Positions 10,081 to 20,783 of a stretch of 64,000 bases of DNA are shown here, in pieces. Every line of letters begins with the position of its first letter. Positions within the stretch are counted from its first letter, which is position 1. This DNA is from an uncultured Rhizobiaceae bacterium. Its GTDB lineage: Bacteria > Pseudomonadota > Alphaproteobacteria > Rhizobiales > Rhizobiaceae. Both the position numbers and the translations under genes were made by a program. The notes beneath the pieces were generated by a model. That model was given only the letters and a program-made list of their open reading frames with translations. It ran no database searches and was not told where the DNA came from. The stretch is taken from contig CATQIJ010000005.1 of the NCBI GenBank assembly GCA_958296345.1, positions 72 to 64,071 on the forward strand, given 5' to 3'.

Positions 10081-10216
10081 CACCCGCCTCCTCCTTGTGA
10101 GGAGGCACACGATTGGCGCAAAGCGACAGAGTGGGTGGGGGTAAAATGTACATCACATTTCCTTATCCCCACCGGTTCAGCTTCGCTCCATCAACCTCCC
10201 CACAAGGAGGAGGTAA
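10081..10216. repeat. about 135-bp intergenic palindromic element with hairpin-forming termini
   Basis: Left arm CCTCCTCCTTGTGAGGAGG (10087-10105); right arm CCTCCCCACAAGGAGGAGG (10195-10213), which is its near reverse complement. Inner arms GTGGGTGGGGG / CCCCACCGG also pair partially. No ORF is present. Confidence 0.5.
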
Positions 10217-10231
10217 ATAGGAGAATAACCC

Positions 10232-11374
10232 ATGGATTTTGCCCTAACAGAAGAACAAAATGCCATCTACGATATGGCTTTTGCATTCGGACAAGAAAAC
10301 ATCGCACCTCATGCAATTGAGTGGGATCAAAAAGAGCATTTTCCAAAAGACGTTATTCGCTCAGTGGGCGAACTTGGCATAGCAGGCATATATGTGCGCG
10401 AAGATGTGGGCGGTTCAGCTCTCTCCCGGTTAGATGCTACCCTCATCTTCGAAGCACTGGCCTATGCATGCCCATCAATTGGTTCATTTATTTCCATTCA
10501 CAATATGTGTGCATGGATGATTGATTCATTTGGCACTGAGGAACAGCGTCAAAAGTGGGTGCCTCAACTAACTACTATGGAAAAAGTCTGCTCTTATTGC
10601 CTAACCGAGCCAGGCTCAGGCTCTGATGCGGCAGCTCTAAAAACAAAAGCAGAAAAAGATGGTAATGGCTGGAAAATAAACGGCACAAAGGCTTTCATAT
10701 CTGGCGGCGAGACATCAGACCTATACCTAACTATGGTGCGCACAGGTGAAGCTGGTGCTAAGGGTGTATCAGCCGTTTTGGTAGAAAACCCAAGCGAAGG
10801 CTTATCTTTTGGCGCTAATGAGCGCAAAATGGGCTGGCGCTCTCAACCTACTGCACAAGTACAGTTTGATGATTGTAAAATCCCGGCAGACCATTTGATT
10901 GGTGAAGAAGGGCGCGGTTTCAATTATGCTATGGCGGGGCTTAATGGCGGACGGTTAAACATAGCAGCATCCGCACTAGGAGCCGCACAATTCACGCTAG
11001 ATAAAACGCTTCAATACATGCAAGAGCGTAAAGCATTTGGAAAACCCATTGCAGATTTTCAAGCGCTTCAGTTTCGTATTGCAGACATGGAAACCGAACT
11101 ACAAGCTGCCCGCATCTTCTTGCGCCAAGCTGCATGGAAACTAGACAACAAAACACCTGATGCCACAAAATTCTGCGCAATGGCAAAACGTTTAGTAACC
11201 GACCTGTCTTTCCGCGTCGCAAATGATGCACTACAACTGCATGGTGGTTACGGTTATCTAGCAGATTATGGCATCGAAAAAGTCGTTCGCGATCTTCGTG
11301 TGCATCAAATTCTCGAAGGCACAAACGAGATTATGCGAATGATCATCTCACGCGACATGCTGAAAGAGGCATAG
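10232..11374 (+). CDS. acyl-CoA dehydrogenase (isobutyryl-CoA dehydrogenase by context)
   Basis: 380 aa with CLTEPGSGSDAAAL and a C-terminal HQILEGTNEIMRMIISR. Flanked by mmsA and the hydroxyisobutyryl-CoA hydrolase gene. Confidence 0.85.
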   Translation: MDFALTEEQNAIYDMAFAFGQENIAPHAIEWDQKEHFPKDVIRSVGELGIAGIYVREDVGGSALSRLDATLIFEALAYACPSIGSFISIHNMCAWMIDSFGTEEQRQKWVPQLTTMEKVCSYCLTEPGSGSDAAALKTKAEKDGNGWKINGTKAFISGGETSDLYLTMVRTGEAGAKGVSAVLVENPSEGLSFGANERKMGWRSQPTAQVQFDDCKIPADHLIGEEGRGFNYAMAGLNGGRLNIAASALGAAQFTLDKTLQYMQERKAFGKPIADFQALQFRIADMETELQAARIFLRQAAWKLDNKTPDATKFCAMAKRLVTDLSFRVANDALQLHGGYGYLADYGIEKVVRDLRVHQILEGTNEIMRMIISRDMLKEA

Positions 11375-11379
11375 ATAAC

Positions 11380-12420
11380 GTGCTAAAATCCGATGATATC
11401 CATATCAGAGTTGTTGGCAAAGCAGGCCGCATAACACTTACTCGCCCTCAAGCACTAAATGCCATGACCTACGAAATGTGCATGGCGATTGGCACTGCGC
11501 TGGATGAATGGAAAGACGATGATAGCATCTCCATCATTGTCATAGATGCAGAAGGGTCTCGTTCTTTTTGTTCTGGTGGAGATATTGCGGACCTGTATAA
11601 AACGGGCAAGGCTGGTGACTATGCTTATGGTCAAAAATTCTGGGCTGATGAATATCGCACCAATGCAAAAATTAAGAACTATCCAAAGCCATATATAGCT
11701 ATTATGGATGGCATCGTCATGGGCGGTGGTGTTGGCATTTCAGCGCATGGTTCACACCGTATTGTTACAGAAAACACAATGTTTGCCATGCCAGAATGCG
11801 GCATTGGGCTGGTGCCTGATGTTGGTGGTAATTTATTACTTTCCCGTGCGCCCGGTTCTACTGGAGAATACCTCGGGACTACAGGCGCAAGACTGAATGC
11901 ATCAGATTGCGTCTATGCCGGCATTGCAGATGTATTCATTCCAGAAGTCGACCTGCCACATTTAATCAAATCATTAGAAAATGATGGCGACCCATCGGCA
12001 ATCGCAGAATTTGAACGCGAATGTGTTCCTGGAGATTTGTCGATTAATCAAAAAACCATCAACACACATTTCTCAAAATCAAGTGCTCTGGAGATTGTTA
12101 CATCCCTCGAAACGGACGGCGATGAATGGGAAGCAAATGCAGCCAAACTAATGCGTCGCAATTGCCCGCTATCCGTTGCCTGTGAAATTGAAATTGTCCG
12201 CATGGCGCGCCAAACCAACAATATTGAAAGTATTCTAGCTCTGGAATACCGTTTCACATACCGTTCAATGTCACACGGTGATCTGATCGAGGGAATTCGC
12301 GCCCAGATTATAGACAAGGACCGTTCACCAAAATGGGGAACCCCTACCTTGGAAGAATTGACACAAGAGCAAATCAGTTCAATGTTGAAGTCCTTGCATG
12401 GAGACGGGCTGTTATTTTAA
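11380..12420 (+). CDS. 3-hydroxyisobutyryl-CoA hydrolase (crotonase superfamily)
   Basis: 346 aa, GTG start. Contains FCSGGDI, MDGIVMGGGVGIS and AMPECGIGLVPDVGG, plus the long C-terminal domain typical of HIBCH rather than a plain hydratase. Confidence 0.75.
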   Translation: MLKSDDIHIRVVGKAGRITLTRPQALNAMTYEMCMAIGTALDEWKDDDSISIIVIDAEGSRSFCSGGDIADLYKTGKAGDYAYGQKFWADEYRTNAKIKNYPKPYIAIMDGIVMGGGVGISAHGSHRIVTENTMFAMPECGIGLVPDVGGNLLLSRAPGSTGEYLGTTGARLNASDCVYAGIADVFIPEVDLPHLIKSLENDGDPSAIAEFERECVPGDLSINQKTINTHFSKSSALEIVTSLETDGDEWEANAAKLMRRNCPLSVACEIEIVRMARQTNNIESILALEYRFTYRSMSHGDLIEGIRAQIIDKDRSPKWGTPTLEELTQEQISSMLKSLHGDGLLF

Positions 12421-12445
12421 AACTTATCCAAAAAGGAGACGGTGA

Positions 12446-13333
12446 ATGTCAACCATAGGATTTATCGGACTGGGCAACATGGGACTGCCCATGGCAACTA
12501 ATCTGGTTAAAGCTGGCCATGAAGTATTAGGCTTTGATATGTCACCAGAAGTTCTGGAAGCTGCAAAGGAAGCAAGCATTATCACTTGCGCTACAGCTGC
12601 TGATGCAGCCAGTGAAGCCGAAACCACAATTACCATGCTACCAAACGGTGAAATCTTGCTTTCCGTTATGGCAGAAATCACCTCCGTTACACCAAAAGGC
12701 GCTTTGCTTATAGACTGTTCAACCGTTGATGTTGAAAGCGCCAAAACTTTCCATGCTCAAGCTGCAACTGCAGGACTTGGTTCAATTGATTGCCCGGTTT
12801 CTGGCGGCATTGGTGGCGCAACGGCAGGTACATTAACCTTCATGATTGGTGGATCAGAAGCAGATTGCAAACGCGCAGAGCCTATTCTTGATATCCTCGG
12901 TGGACGCCAAGTTCGTTGCGGCGAGAGTGGAGCAGGGCAAGCAGCCAAAATCTGCAACAACATGCTACTTGCAACAACCATGGTCGGTGTTGGCGAAGCT
13001 TTTTCACTCGGCAAAAAACTGGATCTTGACCCACAAGCACTTTACGACGTGATGTCCACATCATCAGGCTCTTGCTGGTCTATTAACACCTACTGCCCAG
13101 TGGCGGGCGTTGGCCCAACAACACCTGCAGACAATGATTTTAAACCAGGTTTTGCATCATCATTGATGATCAAAGATGCAAGCCTTGCCCAAGTTGCAGC
13201 CGATAGCGCAGGTCAAGCCACACCAATGGGGTCACGTGCTTTAGAGCTATACAAAGAGTTCGCCGCACAAAGTGAGGAAGACGTAGATTTCTCAGGCATT
13301 ATTACTTGGCTAGAAGACTTAAATAGGGGCTAG
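12446..13333 (+). CDS. mmsB: 3-hydroxyisobutyrate dehydrogenase
   Basis: 295 aa. N-terminal Rossmann motif [16 protein letters not shown]; HIBADH-type central [17 protein letters not shown]. Confidence 0.85.
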   Translation: MSTIGFIGLGNMGLPMATNLVKAGHEVLGFDMSPEVLEAAKEASIITCATAADAASEAETTITMLPNGEILLSVMAEITSVTPKGALLIDCSTVDVESAKTFHAQAATAGLGSIDCPVSGGIGGATAGTLTFMIGGSEADCKRAEPILDILGGRQVRCGESGAGQAAKICNNMLLATTMVGVGEAFSLGKKLDLDPQALYDVMSTSSGSCWSINTYCPVAGVGPTTPADNDFKPGFASSLMIKDASLAQVAADSAGQATPMGSRALELYKEFAAQSEEDVDFSGIITWLEDLNRG

Positions 13334-13335
13334 AT

Positions 13336-14106
13336 ATGAGCGAAGTCGTGCTTTCAGAAAAACGTGGAAACGTTGGTTTAATTACCATCAATCGCCCAGA
13401 GGCATTAAACGCAGTTAATACTGCTGTCATGGATGGCATCATTGCCCATACAAAAACCTTTGATCAAGACGCTGACATTGGCTGCATCGTCATCACGGGC
13501 GAAGGTAAAGCCTTTATCGCAGGTGCAGACATTAAAGAAATGCAGGAAAAATCTTATATGGATATGTTCCTCGCTGACAAACAATCACAATGGGAAGGTT
13601 TTGCAAACACACGCACACCTATCATCGCTGCCGTAAACGGTTTTGCCCTAGGTGGTGGCTGCGAACTTGCCATGATGTGCGATATGATTTTTGCATCTGA
13701 TAAAGCAAAGTTTGGCCAACCGGAAATCAAGCTTGGTGTAACACCAGGTTGGGGTGGTTCTCAACGCTTAACTAGAGCAGTCGGCAAAGCAAAAGCCATG
13801 GACCTAATTTTAACAGGCCGTATGATGGACGCGGAAGAAGCCGAACGCTCTGGTCTTGTTGCCCGAATTATTCTTGCAGATGATCTCATGGAAGAAACCA
13901 TGAAGACGGCGCAAGCGATTGCAGGCTATTCAACACCATCCGTTTACATTGCCAAAGAACAAGTAAACCGCGCCTTTGAAACCACTCTTGCAGAAGGTCT
14001 GTGCTTTGAACGACGCACGTTCTATTCACTCTTTGCAACCGATGATCAATCAGAAGGCATGGCAGCCTTTTCTGAAAAGCGTAAGCCAAATTTTAAAAAC
14101 AAATAA
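13336..14106 (+). CDS. enoyl-CoA hydratase (crotonase)
   Basis: 256 aa with [10 protein letters not shown] and [19 protein letters not shown]. Confidence 0.85.
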   Translation: MSEVVLSEKRGNVGLITINRPEALNAVNTAVMDGIIAHTKTFDQDADIGCIVITGEGKAFIAGADIKEMQEKSYMDMFLADKQSQWEGFANTRTPIIAAVNGFALGGGCELAMMCDMIFASDKAKFGQPEIKLGVTPGWGGSQRLTRAVGKAKAMDLILTGRMMDAEEAERSGLVARIILADDLMEETMKTAQAIAGYSTPSVYIAKEQVNRAFETTLAEGLCFERRTFYSLFATDDQSEGMAAFSEKRKPNFKNK

Positions 14107-14127
14107 AAGCCCAACAGGGAAATCAAA

Positions 14128-15660
14128 ATGACAAATGTATTACAAGAGCTCGAAACACGCCGCGAACAAGCAAAAATGGGCGGCGGTCAAAAACGGATCG
14201 ATTCTCAACATGCCAAGGGTAAATTAACAGCCCGCGAGCGCATTGAAATTTTGCTCGATGAAGGTTCATTCGAAGAATACGATATGTTCGTCGCCCATCG
14301 CTGCACAGAATTTGGCATGGAAAAAACTAAGCTCTCAGGCGATGGTGTTGTGACTGGATGGGGCACAGTTAATGGTCGTTTGATTTATGTCTATAGCCAA
14401 GATTTCACCGTATTCGGCGGGTCGCTCTCGGAAACAAATGCTAAAAAAATTATCAAGATTATGGAAATGGCCATGAAGAATGGCGCGCCGATTATCGGGT
14501 TAAACGATTCAGGTGGTGCACGCATACAAGAAGGCGTATCATCGCTTGGCGGCTATGCAGATATATTCCAGATGAACACACTTGCATCTGGCGTTGTACC
14601 ACAAATTTCCATGATCATGGGGCCATGCGCAGGTGGCGCAGTTTATTCACCCGCCATTACAGACTTCATCTTTATGGTTCGCGATTCATCTTATATGTTT
14701 GTCACAGGTCCAGACGTTGTTAAAACTGTAACAAATGAAATTGTTACAGCAGAAGAATTAGGCGGCGCAAAAACACACACTTCAAAATCCTCTGTTGCAG
14801 ATGACGCATTTGACAATGACGTGGAAGCACTATCTGCACTTCGTCGCTTCATCGATTTTTTACCGCTAAACAACCGCGAAAAGCCGCCTGTTCAACCTTT
14901 CTTTGATGCAGTAGAACGTGAGGACACATCGCTAGATACATTAATACCCGATAATCCAAACAAGCCTTACGATATTAAAGAACTGATTTATAAAATTGCA
15001 GATGAAGGTGATTTTTTCGAAATCCAGCCTGATTACGCAAAAAACGTCATTACAGGCTTTATGCGCATCGAGGGTTCAACCGTAGGCGTAGTGGCAAATC
15101 AACCACTCGTTCTTGCTGGCGTGCTTGATATCAACGCATCACGCAAAGCCGCACGTTTTGTACGCTTCTGCGATTGCTTTAATATTCCAATCCTTACTCT
15201 TGTAGATGTGCCAGGGTTCCTGCCAGGTACTGCACAAGAATATGGCGGTGTGATCAAGCACGGCGCAAAACTACTATTTGCTTATGGCGAAGCAACAGTT
15301 CCAAAAGTAACGCTAATTACTCGCAAAGCCTACGGCGGCGCATATGATGTGATGGCATCCAAACACCTGCGCGGCGACGTAAATTACGCATGGCCAACCG
15401 CAGAAATCGCCGTGATGGGTGCCAAGGGTGCAACAGGAATTCTCTACCGCTCAGAACTTGGTGACAAAGACAAAATTGCAAAACGTACAAAAGATTACGA
15501 AGACCGTTTTGCAAATCCGTTCGTCGCCGCAGAAATGGGCTTCATCGATGATGTAATCACCCCTCGCAAAACAAGAAAAAGACTAGCCAGAGCCTTCGCC
15601 TCACTTCGCAACAAGGATTTGAAAAACCCTTGGAAGAAGCATGATAATATTCCGCTATAG
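14128..15660 (+). CDS. pccB: propionyl-CoA carboxylase beta (carboxyltransferase) subunit
   Basis: 510-aa acyl-CoA carboxylase carboxyltransferase with [11 protein letters not shown] and [13 protein letters not shown]. Paired with a biotin carboxylase subunit gene downstream. Confidence 0.9.
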   Translation: MTNVLQELETRREQAKMGGGQKRIDSQHAKGKLTARERIEILLDEGSFEEYDMFVAHRCTEFGMEKTKLSGDGVVTGWGTVNGRLIYVYSQDFTVFGGSLSETNAKKIIKIMEMAMKNGAPIIGLNDSGGARIQEGVSSLGGYADIFQMNTLASGVVPQISMIMGPCAGGAVYSPAITDFIFMVRDSSYMFVTGPDVVKTVTNEIVTAEELGGAKTHTSKSSVADDAFDNDVEALSALRRFIDFLPLNNREKPPVQPFFDAVEREDTSLDTLIPDNPNKPYDIKELIYKIADEGDFFEIQPDYAKNVITGFMRIEGSTVGVVANQPLVLAGVLDINASRKAARFVRFCDCFNIPILTLVDVPGFLPGTAQEYGGVIKHGAKLLFAYGEATVPKVTLITRKAYGGAYDVMASKHLRGDVNYAWPTAEIAVMGAKGATGILYRSELGDKDKIAKRTKDYEDRFANPFVAAEMGFIDDVITPRKTRKRLARAFASLRNKDLKNPWKKHDNIPL

Positions 15661-15665
15661 ATGCT

Positions 15666-16277
15666 ATGATTAATCTTATAAAACTTCCATTGATAGTTTT
15701 AATGTTCGAGGCGCTTTCCATACCAGCCCAAGCGCAGTTTTCAACGCACCCTGCTCCAATGTGGGAAGGCTATGAAAAAACTGCGGCTGATATTGAAAGC
15801 GATGAGAAGTTTGTAAAAGAAGCTACCGAGTATGCGGGCGGCAATACTGAGCAAGCAGCGCAGTCGCTCATTCAAATCGGCTGGCAAAGAATTGTTAAAG
15901 ATCCTAATCACGCAATTCGTGCTTTTAACCAGGCTTGGCTTATTAAACCCAATAATCCAGATATCTTCTGGGGATTTGCTGTTGCATCACATATTCGCGG
16001 TGACAAGCTCAAAGCAGTCAACCGCTGGTTCAATAAAACACGCGAGCTTATTACGCTCAAAGGGCAAGCAGACAGTGCACGCTTAGAAGCAGATCATGGT
16101 CGCGCATTAACTGAGCGTAATTGCCATAAAGAAGCGCGTTCTTACTTTGAAAAAGCGCTTTCACTAGACCCCAATTATGTGCCTGCACATATAGGTATGA
16201 TCAATGTAGCCGCAGTATTAGGCGATCAAAAATTACAAGATAAACACCAGAAACTACATGATGAGTTGGTAAAATAA
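15666..16277 (+). CDS. secreted TPR-like repeat protein nested between pccB and pccA
   Basis: 203 aa. Signal peptide MINLIKLPLIVLMFEALSIPAQA|Q, then helical repeats including a TPR-like ARSYFEKALSLDPNYVPAH. The start is 6 nt after the pccB stop. The stop overlaps the pccA ATG (TAATG at 16275-16279). Confidence 0.5.
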   Translation: MINLIKLPLIVLMFEALSIPAQAQFSTHPAPMWEGYEKTAADIESDEKFVKEATEYAGGNTEQAAQSLIQIGWQRIVKDPNHAIRAFNQAWLIKPNNPDIFWGFAVASHIRGDKLKAVNRWFNKTRELITLKGQADSARLEADHGRALTERNCHKEARSYFEKALSLDPNYVPAHIGMINVAAVLGDQKLQDKHQKLHDELVK

Positions 16278-18283
16278 TGTTCAAAAAAATACTAATAGCA
16301 AACCGTGGCGAAATCGCCTGTCGTGTAATCAAAACAGCAAAGAAAATGGGCATAGCAACCGTCGCTGTTTATTCAGATGCAGACGCCAATGCACTTCATG
16401 TAAAAATGGCAGATGAAGCAATACACATCGGCCCGCCACCTGCAAACGAATCCTATATTATCATTGATAAAATCATGGATGCGATCAAACAATCAGGCGC
16501 AGAGGCTGTTCACCCTGGTTATGGTTTCCTATCAGAAAACCCAAAATTTGCCGAAGCACTCAAAAAAGCCAACGTCGCATTCATCGGGCCTCCTGTTGGC
16601 GCGATTGAAGCAATGGGCGATAAAATTACATCCAAAAAACTGGCACAAGATTCTGGCGTTTCGACGGTTCCAGGTCACATGGGTCTGATCGAAGACGCAG
16701 AAGAAGCCGTCAAAATTTCAAATGAAATCGGCTACCCTGTCATGATCAAAGCTTCTGCTGGCGGCGGCGGCAAGGGCATGCGTATTGCTTGGGATGACGA
16801 AGGTGCACGTGAAGGCTTTCAATCCTCCAAGAACGAAGCCAAAAACTCTTTCGGTGATGACCGTATCTTCATCGAGAAGTTTGTAACACAACCCCGCCAT
16901 ATCGAAATTCAAGTACTAGGCGATAATCATGGTAATTGCATCTATTTAGGCGAACGTGAATGTTCTATCCAGCGCCGTAACCAAAAAGTAATTGAAGAAG
17001 CCCCTTCCCCTTTCTTGGATGAAGCAACGCGTAAAGCCATGGGTGAACAAGCGGTCGCTCTTTCTAAAGCAGTTAATTATTCATCCGCTGGTACGGTAGA
17101 ATTCATCGTTGATGGCGACAAAAACTTCTACTTCCTAGAAATGAATACACGCCTACAAGTTGAGCATCCTGTTACAGAATTAATTACAGGCATTGACCTA
17201 GTAGAACAGATGATCCGTGCTGCTTACGGCGAAGTACTTTCTATCAAACAAGAAGACGTAAAATTAAACGGCTGGGCGATTGAAAACCGTCTGTATGCAG
17301 AAGACCCTTATCGTGGCTTCCTTCCTTCTATTGGGCGCCTAATAAGATACCGCCCACCACAAGAGGGTGCAGCGGATAATGGTACGATCGTGCGTAACGA
17401 TACTGGTGTATTCGAAGGCGGAGAGATATCCATGTTCTACGATCCGATGATTGCAAAACTTTGTACATGGGGGGAAGATCGCCCAACTGCCATTCACGCC
17501 ATGCGCGAAGCGCTAGACGGGTTTGAGGTTGAAGGCATCGGCCACAATCTACCATTCTTATCAGCCGTGATGGATCATGAAAAATTCTGCTCAGGCAACA
17601 TCACAACCGCCTTTATTGAAGAAGAATATCCAGATGGTTTCAACGGCGTAACAATCGCGCAAGACGACCAGAATAAACTGGCAGCAGCAGCTGGCGTTCT
17701 GAATATGATTACAGAACTGCGCCGTACAAGGCTTTCAGGCGCACTTGTTAATCACAAGCGAAAAGTCGGCAAAAAATGGGTTGCAGTAATTGACGGAAAC
17801 CAAATCCCACTCAAGCTCAAAAAACTCCGCAATGAAGGTGCAAAAGTAAAAATTGGCGAGGAAAAAATTAGCGTCAAAACCGAATGGCGCCCAGGACAAT
17901 CCCTAGCAACAGTTATTGTTGGTGATGAGACACTTGCATTAAAAGTTGATAGAACCAACACAGGCTTCCGCATCCGCTGGCGTGGCGCAGAAATGGGCGT
18001 AAAAGTCCTGACTAGAAAGCAAGCTGAATACTTGAGCATGATGCCAGAAAAAATTGCAGAAGATACATCAAAATTCCTACTCTGCCCAATGCCAGGCCTA
18101 GTCGTTTCTATAAACGTAAACGAAGGCGACGAAGTCCAAGAAGGTCAGGCGCTCGCAACCGTAGAAGCCATGAAAATGGAAAACATTCTTCGCGCAGAAA
18201 AGAAGTGTAAAATTGGCAAGATCAACGCAAAAGCTGGTGACAGTTTAGCACTGGATGATGTGATTATGGAGTTTGGGGAGTAG
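16277..18283 (+). CDS. pccA: propionyl-CoA carboxylase alpha (biotin carboxylase/BCCP) subunit
   Basis: 668 aa. N-terminal KILIANRGEIACRVI, an ATP-grasp domain, and the C-terminal biotinyl-lysine motif EAMKMEN. Confidence 0.92.
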   Translation: MFKKILIANRGEIACRVIKTAKKMGIATVAVYSDADANALHVKMADEAIHIGPPPANESYIIIDKIMDAIKQSGAEAVHPGYGFLSENPKFAEALKKANVAFIGPPVGAIEAMGDKITSKKLAQDSGVSTVPGHMGLIEDAEEAVKISNEIGYPVMIKASAGGGGKGMRIAWDDEGAREGFQSSKNEAKNSFGDDRIFIEKFVTQPRHIEIQVLGDNHGNCIYLGERECSIQRRNQKVIEEAPSPFLDEATRKAMGEQAVALSKAVNYSSAGTVEFIVDGDKNFYFLEMNTRLQVEHPVTELITGIDLVEQMIRAAYGEVLSIKQEDVKLNGWAIENRLYAEDPYRGFLPSIGRLIRYRPPQEGAADNGTIVRNDTGVFEGGEISMFYDPMIAKLCTWGEDRPTAIHAMREALDGFEVEGIGHNLPFLSAVMDHEKFCSGNITTAFIEEEYPDGFNGVTIAQDDQNKLAAAAGVLNMITELRRTRLSGALVNHKRKVGKKWVAVIDGNQIPLKLKKLRNEGAKVKIGEEKISVKTEWRPGQSLATVIVGDETLALKVDRTNTGFRIRWRGAEMGVKVLTRKQAEYLSMMPEKIAEDTSKFLLCPMPGLVVSINVNEGDEVQEGQALATVEAMKMENILRAEKKCKIGKINAKAGDSLALDDVIMEFGE

Positions 18284-18358
18284 CTAGTTATCTAGACAAC
18301 GGGATATAATCCAGAGTGAGCGTTGCGTTGGGTACTACTAAGTTGAAATGCAGAAGAC

Positions 18359-19303
18359 TTATTTAAGGAGTTTTTGTATTTCATTCAGTGGTAGGTTGGG
18401 TAGTTTACCTTTCCCATTCATCAAGTTTATTAGTGAAGTTTTGAAAACATTTGATTCAAAATTACCATCAATTTGACCTCTATACAGCTTTGCCTGCGTG
18501 AGAATGCTTTTGAGCGCAGTTATAGTTTCAGCTCTCCATTTAGTATTTTGGTAAAAGACTCTTAGGTATATTTTTCTTTCCCCGGTCTGAATAGCATGAG
18601 CCAAGAATACTGCAGCAGCAGTGGCATAAGGTAAGTTTGCTGAATGCAAATTCAAAATTTCTGCAACAGAATACATAGCTTCTGGGTTTCTTTTCTTTAT
18701 TGATTTTTCATACCATTTAATTGCTCGGATAACATTAGATTTGAGGTTTTTGCTAATGCTTCGCTCGTAACCCCAAGTCTCGTCTGATTGAGACTCGCTG
18801 AAATCTCCGTATCTGTTAGGTTCTCCCAAAATAAACTCAGGAACACCATGCCCATTAGGATCATCAGTGTGGCTTTTTATTTTCTTAATAAAGTCTCTTG
18901 GTGTAGGAGCTAAGCGTTGAATACCGAGTGTGATTTTATCTCCAGGAATGAACTCCTGAAGAACATTTCTCAAAAGGTAGCCATTAAAAATTTTAACACC
19001 ATTTACAGTCTTGATAACATCTCCCGGAATTAGTCCAACTTTCTGGGCTGGGCTATTAAATTGGATCGCTGTGATTACTATTGAAGGTTGCTTTCCTATG
19101 CTCGGAAATATCTCACCAAGGTAGTCAATCCATGGGTAAATGATTCCAATAAATCCGTGATCTTTACCATCAGTTCTTTCCCCCAATTCGATAACAAGTT
19201 CTGAATTTTCACCTTCTGCCATAGCGAAAGTAACAGCGAATAAAGACAATAGCATTCCGACTAAGGAAATAAGAATCCAATATTTAAAAGTTCTTTGTGT
19301 CAT
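18359..19303 (-). CDS. secreted PDZ-domain protein with Sel1-like and peptidoglycan-binding-like C-terminal segments
   Basis: 314 aa. N-terminal signal/TM segment (WILISLVGMLLSLFAVTFAMA), PDZ-like NSPAQKVGLIPGDVIKTVNGVKI, Sel1-like AIKWYEKSIKKRNPEAMYSVAEIL, and PG_binding_1-like LKSILTQAKLYRGQIDGNFESNVFKTSL. The gene and its flanks are visibly AT-rich. Confidence 0.45.
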   Translation of the reverse strand: MTQRTFKYWILISLVGMLLSLFAVTFAMAEGENSELVIELGERTDGKDHGFIGIIYPWIDYLGEIFPSIGKQPSIVITAIQFNSPAQKVGLIPGDVIKTVNGVKIFNGYLLRNVLQEFIPGDKITLGIQRLAPTPRDFIKKIKSHTDDPNGHGVPEFILGEPNRYGDFSESQSDETWGYERSISKNLKSNVIRAIKWYEKSIKKRNPEAMYSVAEILNLHSANLPYATAAAVFLAHAIQTGERKIYLRVFYQNTKWRAETITALKSILTQAKLYRGQIDGNFESNVFKTSLINLMNGKGKLPNLPLNEIQKLLK

Positions 19304-19494
19304 TTAATTTTTCGATTTTGTTTCAATACAATGATTAGAATATAAACTAATTTTCGCTATAAAAAACCAAATGGTTCCTAGGCACGCTTTACTTGGTTAT
19401 TTTAAAGCAATTAGTAAACTAACTAAACGCCCACTTTTAGTACATAGAAAATATCTCTGATATTTAATTATAAGAATAAATTCCTTGCAATAAT

Positions 19495-19509
19495 GTTCCT
19501 ATTTTATTC
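19495..19509. promoter_or_regulatory. candidate alphaproteobacterial SOS (LexA) box, one mismatch
   Basis: GTTC-CTATTTT-ATTC compared with the direct-repeat consensus GTTC-N7-GTTC. It lies 30 nt upstream of the Y-family polymerase ATG. Confidence 0.25.
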
Positions 19510-19538
19510 TGTTACAACTCCGCCCTTTCGGAGTCCTC

Positions 19539-20783
19539 ATGCAGCCCATCTTTGTCAATTACATCTTCCTAGACATGAACTCTTACTTCGCTTCTGTGGC
19601 GCAGCAGGAAGAACCACTATTACGTGGGAAGTCCGTTGGCATTGTCACCGTTGATAAGCGCGGTGCTTGTTGCATTGCAGCAAGTTATGAGGCGAAGGCT
19701 TTTGGCATTGGGGTTGGGACGCGGCGTGAAGAGGCAAAAGAGCTTTGTCCTGATATTGAGTTCCGTGAAGCCAAACATGATCTTTATGTCGATTATCACC
19801 ACCAAATTATTGAAGCGATTGAGCTCATTCATCCGATTGAAAAAGCCCATTCAGTTGATGAATTTTCAATCAAGCTTTTAGGTACTGCGCGCAATCTTCA
19901 AAATGCTACGGAACTGGGCGAGTGTATGAGGCATAGCATTGCGCAACATGTAGGTGTTGCCATGCGTTGCTCCATCGGCCTTGGCACAAGCAAAATGCTG
20001 GCGAAAATGGCAGGCGAGATGAAAAAGCCAGACGGGCTTGAATGGCTAACTCCGCAATTCATGCCTCAAAAACTTGCGCGTTTTAAATTGGGTGATCTAC
20101 CTGGCATCGGTAAGCGCATGGAAAAGCGGCTTATTATGGCTGGCATCACCAACATCAAACGACTCTATGACCTCCAGCCCAAACATGCCCGCAAATTATG
20201 GAATGGCGTAACAGGTGAGCGTTTTATTTTAGCCCTCCAGGGGCATTATATTCCTGACCCTGAAACCAAGCCACATTCACTAGGGCACGGACAATTGCTC
20301 TCTACCACCAACAGAAATTCAGAAGGCGCAAGACTGGTTGCTCGACGTTTACTAATAAGAGCAGGAACGCGGCTTAGGCGCGGTGAGTTCTTTGCAAATC
20401 ATCTCTACTTATCGGGCAAATGCGAAATCAATGGCAGGTGCTCACACTCAATTACCATGTGCGCAACACAAGATAGCTTTGAGCTTTTAAAATTATTTGC
20501 GCAAAACTGGCCAAAATTAGATTTGAAAAAACCAATATCTATTGGCATTATGCTTGGCGGATTAACCCACGAGAACCAGCATACAGCTGATCTTTTTGAA
20601 GAGCGGGTTCCATCAGGCCAAAGCAATAAACGTGAAGAACTTTGCTCAACAGTTGATGCGCTTAATCAGAAGTTCGGGCAAGACACAATCATCTATGGTG
20701 AGAAGCCAAAAATTATCACTAAATACGCAGGTGCAAAAATCGCCTTTGGACGTATCCCGCTAAAAGAGGAGTTTCGAGATTAA
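19539..20783 (+). CDS. Y-family DNA polymerase (ImpB/MucB/SamB, DinB-like)
   Basis: 414 aa with catalytic motifs FLDMNSYFASV and SVDEFSI, and the HhH-like GDLPGIGKRMEKRL. No imuA or dnaE2 lies next to it. Confidence 0.8.
   Translation: MQPIFVNYIFLDMNSYFASVAQQEEPLLRGKSVGIVTVDKRGACCIAASYEAKAFGIGVGTRREEAKELCPDIEFREAKHDLYVDYHHQIIEAIELIHPIEKAHSVDEFSIKLLGTARNLQNATELGECMRHSIAQHVGVAMRCSIGLGTSKMLAKMAGEMKKPDGLEWLTPQFMPQKLARFKLGDLPGIGKRMEKRLIMAGITNIKRLYDLQPKHARKLWNGVTGERFILALQGHYIPDPETKPHSLGHGQLLSTTNRNSEGARLVARRLLIRAGTRLRRGEFFANHLYLSGKCEINGRCSHSITMCATQDSFELLKLFAQNWPKLDLKKPISIGIMLGGLTHENQHTADLFEERVPSGQSNKREELCSTVDALNQKFGQDTIIYGEKPKIITKYAGAKIAFGRIPLKEEFRD

Noticed and set aside
8884-13064. Antisense and off-frame ORFs in the track inside mmsA, the acyl-CoA dehydrogenase, the hydrolase and mmsB (for example 8884..9213, 10992..11324, 12424..12744, 12757..13014).
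   Set aside because: They lie entirely within strongly supported genes on the other strand or in another frame. They have biased Ala/Ser/Pro/Arg composition typical of shadow ORFs and have no ribosome-binding sites.
19539-20783. An imuA-imuB-dnaE2 mutagenesis cassette.
   Set aside because: Only one Y-family polymerase gene is present, with intact catalytic Asp/Glu motifs (ImuB proteins usually lack them). Its neighbours are a PDZ protein and the mutase gene.
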